A stretch of DNA of 57,768 nucleotides from Betaproteobacteria bacterium (GCA_031376405.1 JANMDS010000163.1:1-57768); one strand, 5' to 3'; shown: positions 41,738 to 52,616, counted from the first letter of the stretch. Notes: generated by a model not told the origin, from the letters alone. Numbers and translations: made by a program.

Positions 41738-42706
41738 CTACTCTTTCTCAATCTTCGCCTGCTTAGTCAACTGCGCCCAGCGTTTAGATTCGCTGTCGAT
41801 CAGTTTCGCTAAACCTGCTGCGTCGGTGGAGTCGATATCAATGCCGGCGTTGCTTAATTTCGTTTTCACGTCCGCTTTTTGCAGTACGGTTTGCAGCATG
41901 GTGGTGAGTTTGGCTTGCACTTCTTTCGGCACGTTCGCTGGGGCCATGAGCGCGAACCACGCGACGAGTTCGTAGCCGGGGAGGGCTTCGGAGATGGCGG
42001 GCACGTCGGCGATTTGGCTGGCGCGTTTGGCGGAGGTAACGCCGAAGGCTTTTACTTTGCCGCCTTTCATTTGGGCCATGGCGTTGCCCAAATCAGCGAA
42101 TACGATTTGCAGGTTTCCCCCTAACAAATCAGTAATCGCGGGCGGGATGCCTTTGTAGGGCACCATCAAAATATCTGTTTCCGACATGGAGCCAAAGAGC
42201 GAGCCGCTCACCCACGAGCCGGAGGAGCCTTGGCCGAAGGCGAGCTTACCAGGGTTGGCTTTGGCGTTGGCAATTAGGCCTTTCAAATCGTTGGCGGGGA
42301 AGTTGGCGTTGGTGATGAGAACGAACGGGGTGGTGCCGATTTTGCCAATCGGGGTGAAATCTTTTACGGGATCGTAGGGCACGGTTTTTAGCAAGCTCGT
42401 AACGGCGGCTTGCGTGGTGCTCGTGGTGACCAATAAAGTGTAGCCATCGCCTGCAGCGTCCTTTACGTCTTTTGCGCCGATGGTGCCTTGCGCGCCCGCT
42501 TTGTTTTCTACGGTGATGGGCTGGCCGAGGGCTTCGCTCATGGCTTGGCCTACGATGCGGCCTACGGCGTCCGTGGCGCTGCCTGCGGGGAAGGGCACGA
42601 CAAAGCGCAAGGGTTTGGCAGGGTAGGTTTGCGCTTGGACAATCGCACTAAAAAAGGCCAATATTGCGCCGCAGGTATTTACGTACATTTGAGTCGAGCG
42701 TTTCAT
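41738..42706 (-). CDS. Bug/TctC-family tripartite tricarboxylate transporter substrate-binding protein
   Basis: 322 aa. It has a signal peptide, then YPAKPLRFVVPFPAGSATDAVGRIV, and VPYKG and GGKVKAF motifs typical of Bug proteins. Confidence 0.85.
   Translation of the reverse strand: MKRSTQMYVNTCGAILAFFSAIVQAQTYPAKPLRFVVPFPAGSATDAVGRIVGQAMSEALGQPITVENKAGAQGTIGAKDVKDAAGDGYTLLVTTSTTQAAVTSLLKTVPYDPVKDFTPIGKIGTTPFVLITNANFPANDLKGLIANAKANPGKLAFGQGSSGSWVSGSLFGSMSETDILMVPYKGIPPAITDLLGGNLQIVFADLGNAMAQMKGGKVKAFGVTSAKRASQIADVPAISEALPGYELVAWFALMAPANVPKEVQAKLTTMLQTVLQKADVKTKLSNAGIDIDSTDAAGLAKLIDSESKRWAQLTKQAKIEKE
42648..42676 (-). repeat. Outer half of a repeat unit inside the signal-peptide codons of the TctC-like gene
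   Basis: ctaaaaaaggccaatattgcgccgcaggt. On the minus strand it encodes ..NTCGAILAFFS.. Confidence 0.55.
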
Positions 42707-42763
42707 AGGATTCCGTTCGTTGCGGGATGCGCAGATTGTAAGAACATTTTTGCTTTTTTGTAT

Positions 42764-43567
42764 TTACGCTTTTGCGCTTTGCTTCGCGCGCAACACGGCC
42801 TGGGCCATTTCGATGAAGCCTTCGCCCTCGCGCGCGTGGGTTACGTAGCGCGGGGGCGTGGGTAAATCGGGCACGACGTTGGCTACGCCGACGGTGTGGG
42901 TGAAGCGATCAAACATCGGCGCATCGTTATGAGAATCGCCAATGAAAATTGAGCGCGCGTTGATGGCCTCGAACGATTCGCCGAACGCGGTTTCGATAAA
43001 GGCGCAGGTCATCGTGAATTTATTGCGCGTGCCGAACGCGCCGTGGGCGTGGATGCTGCTCACGGCGGTGGTGAGCGATTTTGATTTCAAGAAATCTACC
43101 AGCGCTTGAATCTGCGCCGCGGGCACTGGCGGCTGGGTGTTCTCCGCGTGGTCAAACGCGATATCGCCCACGCGCATGAATTGATCTTGCGAAGCGTTGA
43201 ATAGTGGGAAGCTTGCTAACGCTTCGGATTGAATCGCGGAGAGCGCGGCCCGCTGTTGGGCGCGCGCGAAAGCATCCGTTTTCCAAAACATTTCTTGCTG
43301 CTTAGCTTGCGCATCGAGCCAATACGCCGCCGCGCCATTTTCCGCCACGATGCCCGCGATCGGCCACGCCCGCGCCAGCCCATGACACCACCCCGCAGGC
43401 CGCCCCGTAACGGGCACGATTTTTACGCCCGCCGCGCCGAGCGCCTCCATCGCGGCGAGCACGCGCGAGGTGACGCGTGCGTGCGTGGTGATCGTGTCGT
43501 CTACGTCAGAAAAAATGTATTCGATGTTCGCTAAATCGTTAGCAGGGAATGCGGAGAGTGGGCTCAT
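42764..43567 (-). CDS. HAD-IIB (Cof-like) family hydrolase/phosphatase
   Basis: 267 aa. It has motif I FSDVDDTIT, VPVTGRP and motif IV IGDSHNDAPMF. Confidence 0.75.
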   Translation of the reverse strand: MSPLSAFPANDLANIEYIFSDVDDTITTHARVTSRVLAAMEALGAAGVKIVPVTGRPAGWCHGLARAWPIAGIVAENGAAAYWLDAQAKQQEMFWKTDAFARAQQRAALSAIQSEALASFPLFNASQDQFMRVGDIAFDHAENTQPPVPAAQIQALVDFLKSKSLTTAVSSIHAHGAFGTRNKFTMTCAFIETAFGESFEAINARSIFIGDSHNDAPMFDRFTHTVGVANVVPDLPTPPRYVTHAREGEGFIEMAQAVLRAKQSAKA

Positions 43568-43640
43568 GCCTGCGGCGCAGATTTTGAAGTCACGAGTTTG
43601 TCATGCGTGAGTTAGGCGAACGTGAAAGCGGTGCTTTTTT

Positions 43641-43678
43641 GGGAGATAAGTTCTAAAAAGTGCCTGTTTTACGCCGCA
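43641..43678 (-). repeat. Repeat unit, reverse orientation, interrupted by the MITE; its last 7 nt resume at 43837-43844
   Basis: gggagataagttctaaaaagtgcctgttttacgccgca | MITE | ccgcaggt. Confidence 0.8.
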
Positions 43679-43836
43679 GAGACCTCTGCACAACTGCCAT
43701 TTTTCCAAATTGAAAAGGTTTTAGGGGATGCTTTTCATCATCTGATCGAATTTGAATCGCACTCAAACGTTTCTACGCGATCAACTCCAGTTCAATTTCT
43801 GTGAAAAGTTTAGAAACCCGGTTGTGCAGAGGTCTC
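43679..43836. mobile_element. 158-bp MITE-like insertion with perfect 16-bp terminal inverted repeats and a 5-bp target duplication, inserted into a repeat unit
   Basis: The TIRs are GAGACCTCTGCACAAC (43679-43694) and GTTGTGCAGAGGTCTC (43821-43836). The flanks are ...ACGCCGCA | element | CCGCAGGTATTTT. Removing the element and one CCGCA copy restores the repeat consensus ACGCCGCAGGTATTT. Confidence 0.75.
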
Positions 43837-44073
43837 CCGCAGGTATTTTGCTTCTTTTGTCGATGGGACGTTATGAGTAAGTTGGTAAAGCTGGGCGCGA
43901 GGTTGTCCGTTCTCGGTAGTCCGCAAGAACCCCAATCGTATCGCGCTACGTTCCTGAAAACACCTTAGTTGAACATCGCTCAGAAATAGCTGCTGCGCAG
44001 ATATACGCGCAGGAAAGAGCCTTGGTTTGTCGGAATACGCTATGCTTCTTCTGATCTCCTCTTGCTGAAACAA
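43810..44073 (-). CDS. Doubtful 87-aa ORF divergent from the methyltransferase gene
   Basis: No recognisable motif. Its last ~12 codons read through the repeat-unit remnant and the right TIR of the MITE (..KYLRETSAQPGF*), so at least the 3' end is fortuitous. Confidence 0.2.
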   Translation of the reverse strand: MFQQEEIRRSIAYSDKPRLFPARISAQQLFLSDVQLRCFQERSAIRLGFLRTTENGQPRAQLYQLTHNVPSTKEAKYLRETSAQPGF

Positions 44074-44189
44074 ATGAGATCTATGCGTTTTTCAGGTAAT
44101 TACAATTCGTATCAAACACAAAACTGGTAATATATACATGTAATTGTTTCACGTTTTTTACCAACACGAATTAGGGAATTTGACGAGTC

Positions 44190-45266
44190 ATGAACAATGG
44201 GGCAATTGATTTATTCGCTGGTGCTGGGGGTCTGTCGCTCGGGCTAAAAATGTCTGATTGGGACATCAAAGCAGCGCTAGAAATCGACACTAACGCAATC
44301 AATACACATAGATTTAATATGCCCGAAGTTCGCCACATCTGTGACGATATTCGCGATGTAGATTTTGATGCTCTTAGAGGGCTTGGGCTAATCGCGGGTG
44401 GTCCTCCTTGCCAGCCCTTTTCCGTTAGCGGAAAGCGTCTTGGTACCGACGATATTCGCGACATGGTTCCTCAGTTTGTTCGTGCAATTAGAGAAGCTAG
44501 ACCGACCTCATTTTTGATGGAAAATGTAGCTGGACTTACCAGCGCAAAATTCAAGCCTTATTTAGAAGCGCAAGTAAATGAGCTTCGCGCGTTGGGCTAC
44601 TCAGTACAGTGGCAGGTGTTGAACGCAGCCGAGTACGGCGTACCGCAAAATCGTCTCCGACTCTTTGTCGTCGGGATGCCTGAGGGCGTAAAGTTTCGGT
44701 TCCCAGCACCAAGTCATGGTTTGCTAAGTAAAAAAAAGACTCCCCTCGTGTCTGTTCGACAAGCGCTTGAAGGCGTGCCGAATGATTTGCCGAATCTCGC
44801 AAAAGTGGTTTATGCAAAAAGTCCGATTCTCCGAAAAAGTCCTTTCGCAGGCATGCTACTCAACGGGCAGGGAAGACCATTGAATTTAGATGGTCAAAGT
44901 CACACAATCCCCGCTTCCGCTGGGGGCAATCGAACTCATGTTGTTGATTTATTCGGCGAGTTGACTTCCTATCATCGCAGTCTTTTAGATGGCGGAGCTC
45001 CTCGAACTGGAGAAGTACCACGTTGCCGTCGGCTGACGGTAAGAGAGTCAGCGCGGTTACAGGCGTTCCCCGACTGGTTTGAATTTAAGGGAGAACGAAG
45101 CCGTCAATACAGCCAAATCGGAAACGCCGTCCCTCCGCTGTTGGCGATGGCGGTCGGTGCGGCGATTTATCAGGCTCTTTGCACGCATCGCGGCAAAAAA
45201 TTGGATACCCGCATGTCAGCAGTCAATCTTGAAAGTGCGCTGAAAAAAACTACCTCACTTTTTTGA
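44190..45266 (+). CDS. DNA (cytosine-5)-methyltransferase
   Basis: 358 aa with all the classical motifs: I DLFAGAGGLSLG, IV GGPPCQPFS, VI ENV, VIII QNRLRLF and X QIGNAVPP. Confidence 0.92.
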   Translation: MNNGAIDLFAGAGGLSLGLKMSDWDIKAALEIDTNAINTHRFNMPEVRHICDDIRDVDFDALRGLGLIAGGPPCQPFSVSGKRLGTDDIRDMVPQFVRAIREARPTSFLMENVAGLTSAKFKPYLEAQVNELRALGYSVQWQVLNAAEYGVPQNRLRLFVVGMPEGVKFRFPAPSHGLLSKKKTPLVSVRQALEGVPNDLPNLAKVVYAKSPILRKSPFAGMLLNGQGRPLNLDGQSHTIPASAGGNRTHVVDLFGELTSYHRSLLDGGAPRTGEVPRCRRLTVRESARLQAFPDWFEFKGERSRQYSQIGNAVPPLLAMAVGAAIYQALCTHRGKKLDTRMSAVNLESALKKTTSLF

Positions 45267-45311
45267 CCACGCATAAGAAACTTGTGCCTCAGTCAATGCT
45301 CAGTTCGACGA

Positions 45312-46475
45312 CTAGGCTGTGCCAATATTCCCGACCGCAGTGCTCCAATCCCATCTATGCTTTGGATCTGCCCGTTGGGTATCAAGCGCCTCACCCACGG
45401 AAACAAGCAATGATTTCCTTCCTTCTTCCCCAAGTAGGACGCAGCAATGCTCTAGGAGTTCGAGGGCACCAACAATATAGATATTTAGTCCGAGCGAGAA
45501 TTGATTATTTACTATTTTTTGAATTGCCTCGATATCAGAATATAGCGGGCTAGTTCGCGTGGGGCGGTGGACAAAAAAAAGCAGCTCTGTCACGTTTGAG
45601 AGCCGCGCTTTCCGAACGCTACTCTCCATTTCGGCCGATGTCAATTCTCGATCTTTAACCTCCAAAGTGAGAAGATTTTTTCCATCGAGAACGCACTCGA
45701 TGTCACCTGCGCTAAGCGAGGCGGAGTCCGCCGCATTTACGTGACCCGAAGCAATTTCGCCGAGACTAAGCCCCCGCTTTTTGAGTGCAATAAGCAATCC
45801 GTATGCGACCGCCTGTAATCGTGCTCCGCCGGAAGACTTTTTAAGATATTCCTCGATACAACCAACAGTATTTATCAAACTTACTCTTTGTGGAATCGCG
45901 TAATCGAACTTTTTCCCAACCAGATAGATCCTTAGCTGCGCCAACACAATTTTTAGACTTTCCGTAACGTCTTCCGTGGAGGTAGCCGCCTGCGCATGCT
46001 CTAGTACCGTCAATACCGCATCAAAGACTACCGGCTTCCTTCGACCTTTTCGCATCGATGCATCGAATCTAGGATTGCGAAAGATATTATTGACATAAGG
46101 GTCTTCAGAGTCGCCGAGCGGCGCGCCAATGCTCTTGTTCCAAACTACTACGACCCGTTTCGCAAACTCTCTCGGTTCCCAGCTGCCGGTCTGACCAGCC
46201 CCTTTTTGCAAGCAAAGTGCGTCTAGGTTAAAGTTCGCGACTTTTCCTGCAATTTGGTTGACGATGGTGTATTTCCACCCAATTTCGCTTTGGTCAAACA
46301 CACTGCGAATCGTTTCCGAAAGTTCATTAGTCGGTAGCCGATCAATAGGCGTTGCCTCTATTTCGGACCAAGCAGAATATAGAATCGACAGCGCATTTTG
46401 TTCGAAGGACTGCTTGTCCGAAGGTGAATCTGAACTCTTGCTCTTCGCCATACCTGTTTTCTTCCACGTTGACAT
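45312..46475 (-). CDS. Putative type II restriction endonuclease (PD-(D/E)xK candidate), convergent with the methyltransferase
   Basis: 387 aa on AT-rich DNA. A candidate catalytic motif is GD-IECVLDGKNLLTL-EVK (D..ExK). It lies tail-to-tail with the m5C MTase across a 45-nt gap. The family was not identified. Confidence 0.55.
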   Translation of the reverse strand: MSTWKKTGMAKSKSSDSPSDKQSFEQNALSILYSAWSEIEATPIDRLPTNELSETIRSVFDQSEIGWKYTIVNQIAGKVANFNLDALCLQKGAGQTGSWEPREFAKRVVVVWNKSIGAPLGDSEDPYVNNIFRNPRFDASMRKGRRKPVVFDAVLTVLEHAQAATSTEDVTESLKIVLAQLRIYLVGKKFDYAIPQRVSLINTVGCIEEYLKKSSGGARLQAVAYGLLIALKKRGLSLGEIASGHVNAADSASLSAGDIECVLDGKNLLTLEVKDRELTSAEMESSVRKARLSNVTELLFFVHRPTRTSPLYSDIEAIQKIVNNQFSLGLNIYIVGALELLEHCCVLLGEEGRKSLLVSVGEALDTQRADPKHRWDWSTAVGNIGTA

Positions 46476-46628
46476 TCAAATCCGTCAAGCAACAACAAAC
46501 TCGACCAGTGTAGCCGGAAGCAGCGAAGCGTTTTCCGAGTCTTACTACTTCCGAGCTTCGCTGACTAATACCGATGGCGCAGCCTGGAGAATTACATGTG
46601 TGCCATGCAGTGGTTTTAAGGGAAATTC

Positions 46629-46693
46629 AGGGTCTAAAAAATGCGGTTTTTGAGGAGATAAGTTTTAAAAAGTGCCGTTTTTACGCCGCAGGT
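46629..46693. repeat. Head-to-head repeat pair with a degenerate left outer end, at the right edge of the R-M islet
   Basis: agggtctaaaaaatgcggtttttgaggagataagttttaaaaagtgccgtttttacgccgcaggt. Confidence 0.85.
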
Positions 46694-46778
46694 TTTTTCG
46701 CTTTTTGTGCATCGCGCACAATCAAATGTGTTCCCGTGTACAGTGTGCGTTGGTAGCAAATCGTTTTAGGAGCACATC

Positions 46779-47417
46779 ATGTTTTCTACATTTCGTCGCC
46801 GCGTATTGCAAACGCTCTCGCTTGTGCCCGCGCTCGCGAGCCGCGCGGCGTGGTCGCAGCCGGCACCGCTTACGCCCACGCCACAAGATACCGAAGGCCC
46901 TTACTATCCTATCGAGTGGTCGAACGATATTGATTTCGATCTCACAAGCTTTCGCGGCAAAACCTATGTACGGGGCACGCCAATGGAAATCGTAGGCGTG
47001 GTGCGCGCAACCAATGGCGCGGCAATTGCCAACGCTACTGTTGAGATTTGGCAGACCGACGAGATCGGGAAATATCGGCACCCAGGCGACGATGGCGAAG
47101 GCCCAGCAACCCGCGGCTTTCAAGGCTTTGGCCGCACGACGAGTGACAGCGAGGGGCGCTACCGCTTTCTCACCATTAAGCCGGTGATTTACGGCGGCCG
47201 CCCAGCGCACGTTCACTTTCGGGTGAAAGCTAGCGCACACAAAACGCTCACCACACAAATGTATTTTGCGGGCGAGAATAAAGAAGGCGGCGCGGGCGGA
47301 TTTTTTGGTGGATTTTCGAAGGAGCGGGATAAGTTAACCGTTTCGCCACAGCAAGTGCGAGCAGGCGAGAGAGCATTGTTGCGGGCGCAATTTGAGTTAG
47401 TGCTTGCAGTGGGGTAG
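46779..47417 (+). CDS. Intradiol ring-cleavage dioxygenase family protein, Tat/Sec-exported
   Basis: 212 aa. It has MFSTFRRRVLQTLSLVPALASRAAWS (RR signal), DTEGPYYP, VEIWQTDEIGKYRHP, GRYRFLTIKP and RPAHVHFRV. Confidence 0.8.
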   Translation: MFSTFRRRVLQTLSLVPALASRAAWSQPAPLTPTPQDTEGPYYPIEWSNDIDFDLTSFRGKTYVRGTPMEIVGVVRATNGAAIANATVEIWQTDEIGKYRHPGDDGEGPATRGFQGFGRTTSDSEGRYRFLTIKPVIYGGRPAHVHFRVKASAHKTLTTQMYFAGENKEGGAGGFFGGFSKERDKLTVSPQQVRAGERALLRAQFELVLAVG

Positions 47418-47435
47418 TCGCTTAGTTTCAAGCGT

Positions 47436-47463
47436 AAAAAAACCCGCTCGCGCGGGTTTTTTA
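47436..47463. terminator. Bidirectional intrinsic terminator between the dioxygenase gene and atpC
   Basis: AAAAAAACCCGC-TCGC-GCGGGTTTTTT: a GC stem flanked by A7 and T6 runs. Confidence 0.85.
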
Positions 47464-47487
47464 GTGCGTGCACAAAAGGCTTTTGAT

Positions 47488-47901
47488 TTACTTCCTGCCG
47501 CGCAACTTCCGAATCGCTGCCAACTGCGCAGTGGCTTGAATCAACTCGATCTGCGCTTGCGCGTGGTCGATGGAGGCTTCGCGGTTTTTGAGTGCGTCTT
47601 CTGCGTTTTTTAGCGCGGCGTTGGCGCGGGCTTCATCTAAATCTGCGCCGCGCTCTGCGGAGTCAGACAAGATGGTGATTTTGTCGGGCTGCACTTCTAA
47701 GATGCCGCCGGAGACGTAAATCAACTCTTCCGTGCCGCCATTGACTACGCGCACGGAGCCGGGCTTGAGGCGTGTAAGCATCGGTACGTGCTTAGGCAAA
47801 ATGCCCAGCTCGCCCGACTCGCCCGGGGCGATTACCATTTCAGCAGGGCCGGAGAAGAGAGACTTCTCGGCGCTGACGATATCGACGTGTACGGTTGCCA
47901 T
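47488..47901 (-). CDS. atpC: F1 ATP synthase epsilon subunit
   Basis: 137 aa, starting [18 protein letters not shown]. It is the last gene of the atp operon. Confidence 0.92.
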   Translation of the reverse strand: MATVHVDIVSAEKSLFSGPAEMVIAPGESGELGILPKHVPMLTRLKPGSVRVVNGGTEELIYVSGGILEVQPDKITILSDSAERGADLDEARANAALKNAEDALKNREASIDHAQAQIELIQATAQLAAIRKLRGRK

Positions 47902-47918
47902 GTTTGTGTCTTAATAAA

Positions 47919-48001
47919 TTGTGATTCGTGATTTGTGAATCGTGATTTTTAGGTGCTCGTTTATCGCGGATTTACTCACGAATCACGTCTCACAATTCAC
48001 G
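47919..48001. repeat. Four copies (two direct, two inverted) of a 12-nt motif TGTGAWTCGTGA, forming a long imperfect hairpin in the atpD-atpC spacer
   Basis: TGTGATTCGTGA (47920-47931) and TGTGAATCGTGA (47934-47945) face TCACGAATCACG (47976-47987) and TCACAATTCACG (47990-48001). Confidence 0.7.
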
Positions 48002-48008
48002 CATCAAA

Positions 48009-49472
<1,464 letters not shown>

Positions 49473-49526
49473 CTACAAATACGTTTTGATAAATTTTGTT
49501 TTTCAAACCTGCGTTGCCGCTCCGAT

Positions 49527-50408
49527 TTACACCGCAGCCGCACCACTCACAATTTCTGAAAGCTCTTTGGTAATCGCGGCTTGCCGTGACTTGTTGTATT
49601 GCAAGGTCAAGTCGCCAATCACTTCTTTTGCGTTATCAGAGGCGGACTTCATCGCCACCATCCGCGCGCTTTGCTCCGAAGCCATATTTTCCGCAACGCC
49701 TTGGAACACGATTTGCTCCACATAGCGCTTTAGCAATTCATCGAGCACCGCTTTTGGATCAGGCTCGTAGGTGTAATCCCACGAGCCGCGGTTGGCTGCC
49801 GACGCATCGGATTTCTCTAAGCGCTCTTTCGGCAACGGCAACAATTGCTCCAACACCGGCTCTTGCTTCATCGTGTTGATGAACTTTGTGTACACGATGT
49901 AAATGCGATCAATCTCACCTTTTTCATAGGCATCGAGCTGCACTTTGAGCGGGCCGATCAACTTATCCATCGTAGGCGCATCGCCCAAACCCACTACGTG
50001 TGAAACCACTTTTGCGCCAACGCGCTGGTAAAAGCCATTTGCTTTATTACCAATGGCGGTGATGCGTACATCTTCGCCTTCGGCTTGCAGTTCTTTTAAC
50101 TTGTTGTACGACATGCGTAACACATTGGTGTTCAAGCCGCCGCATAAACCTTTATCCGTGCTCACTACTACCAAGCCTGCGGCTTTTACGTGGTCGTGCA
50201 TCACCAGATACGGGTGTTTGTATTCGGAATTAGCGAACGCCAAGTGTGCAGCGATCTGGCGAATCTTGTCGCCATAGGGCCGCGCCGCGCGCATGCGCTC
50301 TTGAGCCTTGCGCATCTTCGATGCGGCAACCATTTCCATCGCCTTGGTGATCTTGCGCGTGTTTTGTACGCTCTTGATCTTGGTGCGAATCTCTTTTGAA
50401 CCAGCCAC
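49527..50408 (-). CDS. atpG: F1 ATP synthase gamma subunit
   Basis: 293 aa. It has [36 protein letters not shown] and the C-terminal [15 protein letters not shown]. Confidence 0.95.
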   Translation of the reverse strand: MAGSKEIRTKIKSVQNTRKITKAMEMVAASKMRKAQERMRAARPYGDKIRQIAAHLAFANSEYKHPYLVMHDHVKAAGLVVVSTDKGLCGGLNTNVLRMSYNKLKELQAEGEDVRITAIGNKANGFYQRVGAKVVSHVVGLGDAPTMDKLIGPLKVQLDAYEKGEIDRIYIVYTKFINTMKQEPVLEQLLPLPKERLEKSDASAANRGSWDYTYEPDPKAVLDELLKRYVEQIVFQGVAENMASEQSARMVAMKSASDNAKEVIGDLTLQYNKSRQAAITKELSEIVSGAAAV

Positions 50409-50496
50409 TTGATTTCTTCCTTAAGCGCTCATTAACTAACGTGTTGATGAACAATGCTGCGGCACAGCGCTGTTACCAGCGCTGTTGCCAAACCCG

Positions 50497-52038
50497 TTAG
50501 TAGCTGCCGTTCTTGGTGAAGTCTTTCATCGCTTCGTGCAAATTGGCTTCGTCGTCTTTCGACAAATCCTTGGTGCTCTCGATGCGATCTACCAAATCTT
50601 TGTATTTGCTGCCGATGTAGCCGTGCATCGCTTTTTCTGCAGCGAGGGCTTTTTTCACATCCACTGCGTCGAAGTAGCCGTTGTTTACGCCAAAAAGCGT
50701 AAGCGCCATTTCCGACACTTGCATTGGCTTGTATTGCGCTTGCTTCATAAGCTCGGTCACCAAACGACCGCGCTCCAACTGCTTGCGGGTGGCTTCGTCC
50801 AAATCAGAGGCGAACTGCGCGAACGCGGCCAACTCACGATATTGCGCTAGGGCCAAGCGAACACCGCCGCCCAGCTTTTTGATGACTTTAGTTTGCGCGG
50901 CACCGCCTACGCGAGACACCGAAATACCGGCGTTAATCGCGGGACGAATGCCAGCATTAAACAAATCGGTTTCCAAGAAAATCTGGCCGTCAGTAATTGA
51001 AATGACGTTGGTTGGAACGAAGGCGGACACGTCGCCCGCCTGCGTTTCAATGACAGGCAACGCGGTTAGCGAGCCCGTTTTGCCTTTTACAGCGCCCTTG
51101 GTGAAGGCTTCTACATATTCTTCGTTTACACGGGCAGAGCGCTCAAGCAAGCGGCTGTGTAGGTAGAACACGTCGCCTGGATACGCTTCGCGGCCCGGTG
51201 GGCGGCGCAGCAACAACGAAACTTGGCGGTAGGCAACAGCTTGTTTGGAAAGATCGTCGTACACGATCAACGCATCTTCGCCACGGTCACGGAAATATTC
51301 GCCCATCGTGCAGCCGGAGTAGGCGGCGATGTATTGCATCGCAGCGGATTCCGATGCCGTTGCGGCCACCACAATCGTGAACTCCAACGCGCCGGTTTCA
51401 GCGAGCTTACGCACCACGTTAGCAACCGTCGAGGCTTTTTGACCAATCGCGACGTAGACGCAGAAGACGCCCTTGCCTTTTTGGTTGATGATGGCATCAA
51501 TCGCAACAGCCGTTTTACCAGTTTGACGATCACCAATGATGAGCTCGCGCTGACCACGGCCGACAGGCACCATCGAGTCAATGGATTTCAAACCCGTTTG
51601 CACTGGCTGTGAAACCGATTTACGGGCAATCACACCCGGCGCTACTTTTTCGATTACATCGAACTCTTTGGCGTTGATCGGGCCTTTGCCGTCGATCGGC
51701 TCGCCGAGCGAATTCACTACGCGGCCAAGCAGCTCGCGGCCTACTGGCACCGACAAAATCTTGCCGGTCGATTTCACTACGTCGCCCTCGGTGATGTGCT
51801 CGTAAGCACCCAACACCACGGCGCCCACGGAGTCGCGCTCCAAATTCAAGGCCAGGCCGAAAGTATTGCCGGGGAACTCAAGCATTTCGCCTTGCATAAC
51901 GTCTTGCAAACCGTGTACGCGGCAAATACCGTCGGTCACGGATACAACCGTGCCCTGCGTACGGGTTTGCGATTGCGTATCTAAATTAGCAATCTTGCTC
52001 TTGATGAGTTCGCTGATTTCCGATGGATTCAGGTTCAT
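50497..52038 (-). CDS. atpA: F1 ATP synthase alpha subunit
   Basis: 513 aa. It has a Walker A GDRQTGKT and typical alpha-subunit blocks. Confidence 0.95.
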   Translation of the reverse strand: MNLNPSEISELIKSKIANLDTQSQTRTQGTVVSVTDGICRVHGLQDVMQGEMLEFPGNTFGLALNLERDSVGAVVLGAYEHITEGDVVKSTGKILSVPVGRELLGRVVNSLGEPIDGKGPINAKEFDVIEKVAPGVIARKSVSQPVQTGLKSIDSMVPVGRGQRELIIGDRQTGKTAVAIDAIINQKGKGVFCVYVAIGQKASTVANVVRKLAETGALEFTIVVAATASESAAMQYIAAYSGCTMGEYFRDRGEDALIVYDDLSKQAVAYRQVSLLLRRPPGREAYPGDVFYLHSRLLERSARVNEEYVEAFTKGAVKGKTGSLTALPVIETQAGDVSAFVPTNVISITDGQIFLETDLFNAGIRPAINAGISVSRVGGAAQTKVIKKLGGGVRLALAQYRELAAFAQFASDLDEATRKQLERGRLVTELMKQAQYKPMQVSEMALTLFGVNNGYFDAVDVKKALAAEKAMHGYIGSKYKDLVDRIESTKDLSKDDEANLHEAMKDFTKNGSY

Positions 52039-52076
52039 AGCAGTTCTCTATTTCTCTACAACACTTCGATTAGGAA

Positions 52077-52613
52077 TCAGGCGCGCACGCCCACCGACAT
52101 AGCGGCGAGCCGACCTTTTGCTGAGCCGTCGATCACCCGATCGCCGACCGTAATAATTGCACCAGCGATGAGGCTCTCATCAACCGTTTCTTTAATTTCA
52201 ATGGTTTTGCCGAACTTCTTTTTCAGGCTTTCCGCGAATTCAGTTTTCTGCTCGGTGGTCAGCGGCATCGCGGTACGAATCGTTGCCACCGCGGTGTTTT
52301 CTGCGATATTTTTCAGCGCATCAAATTGCGCAGAAATTTGCGGCAACAATGAGGCCCGCCCTGCTTCGACTACCGTGCGCACAAAGCTTTTGCCCGCATC
52401 GGAGAGCGTATCGCCGCACACACCCGTGAAGAGCGCAACCTTTTGGGCAACGCTTACTTTCGGGCTGGCAATCGCCACCTTCATTTGGGCATCTTGCGCA
52501 ACCTGGGAAAGCGCGCGCAACATTTCTGCCCATTTCGGCAGCATATTGCCCTCTTTCGCCAGCGAAAAAGCCGCTTCTGCATAAGGACGGGCGACAGTGG
52601 CGAGCTCAGCCAT
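52077..52613 (-). CDS. atpH: F1 ATP synthase delta subunit
   Basis: 178 aa. It starts LATVARPYAEAAF, the OSCP/delta signature, and its position in the operon fits. Confidence 0.9.
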   Translation of the reverse strand: MAELATVARPYAEAAFSLAKEGNMLPKWAEMLRALSQVAQDAQMKVAIASPKVSVAQKVALFTGVCGDTLSDAGKSFVRTVVEAGRASLLPQISAQFDALKNIAENTAVATIRTAMPLTTEQKTEFAESLKKKFGKTIEIKETVDESLIAGAIITVGDRVIDGSAKGRLAAMSVGVRA

Positions 52614-52616
52614 GTT

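Noticed and set aside
47919-48001. CRP-type site (TGTGA-N6-TCACA) in the atpD-atpC spacer, because of the TGTGA and TCACA words.
   Set aside because: The TGTGA and TCACA words are about 50 nt apart, not 6. The adjacent words are direct repeats (TGTGA..CGTGA), so there is no proper CRP dyad.
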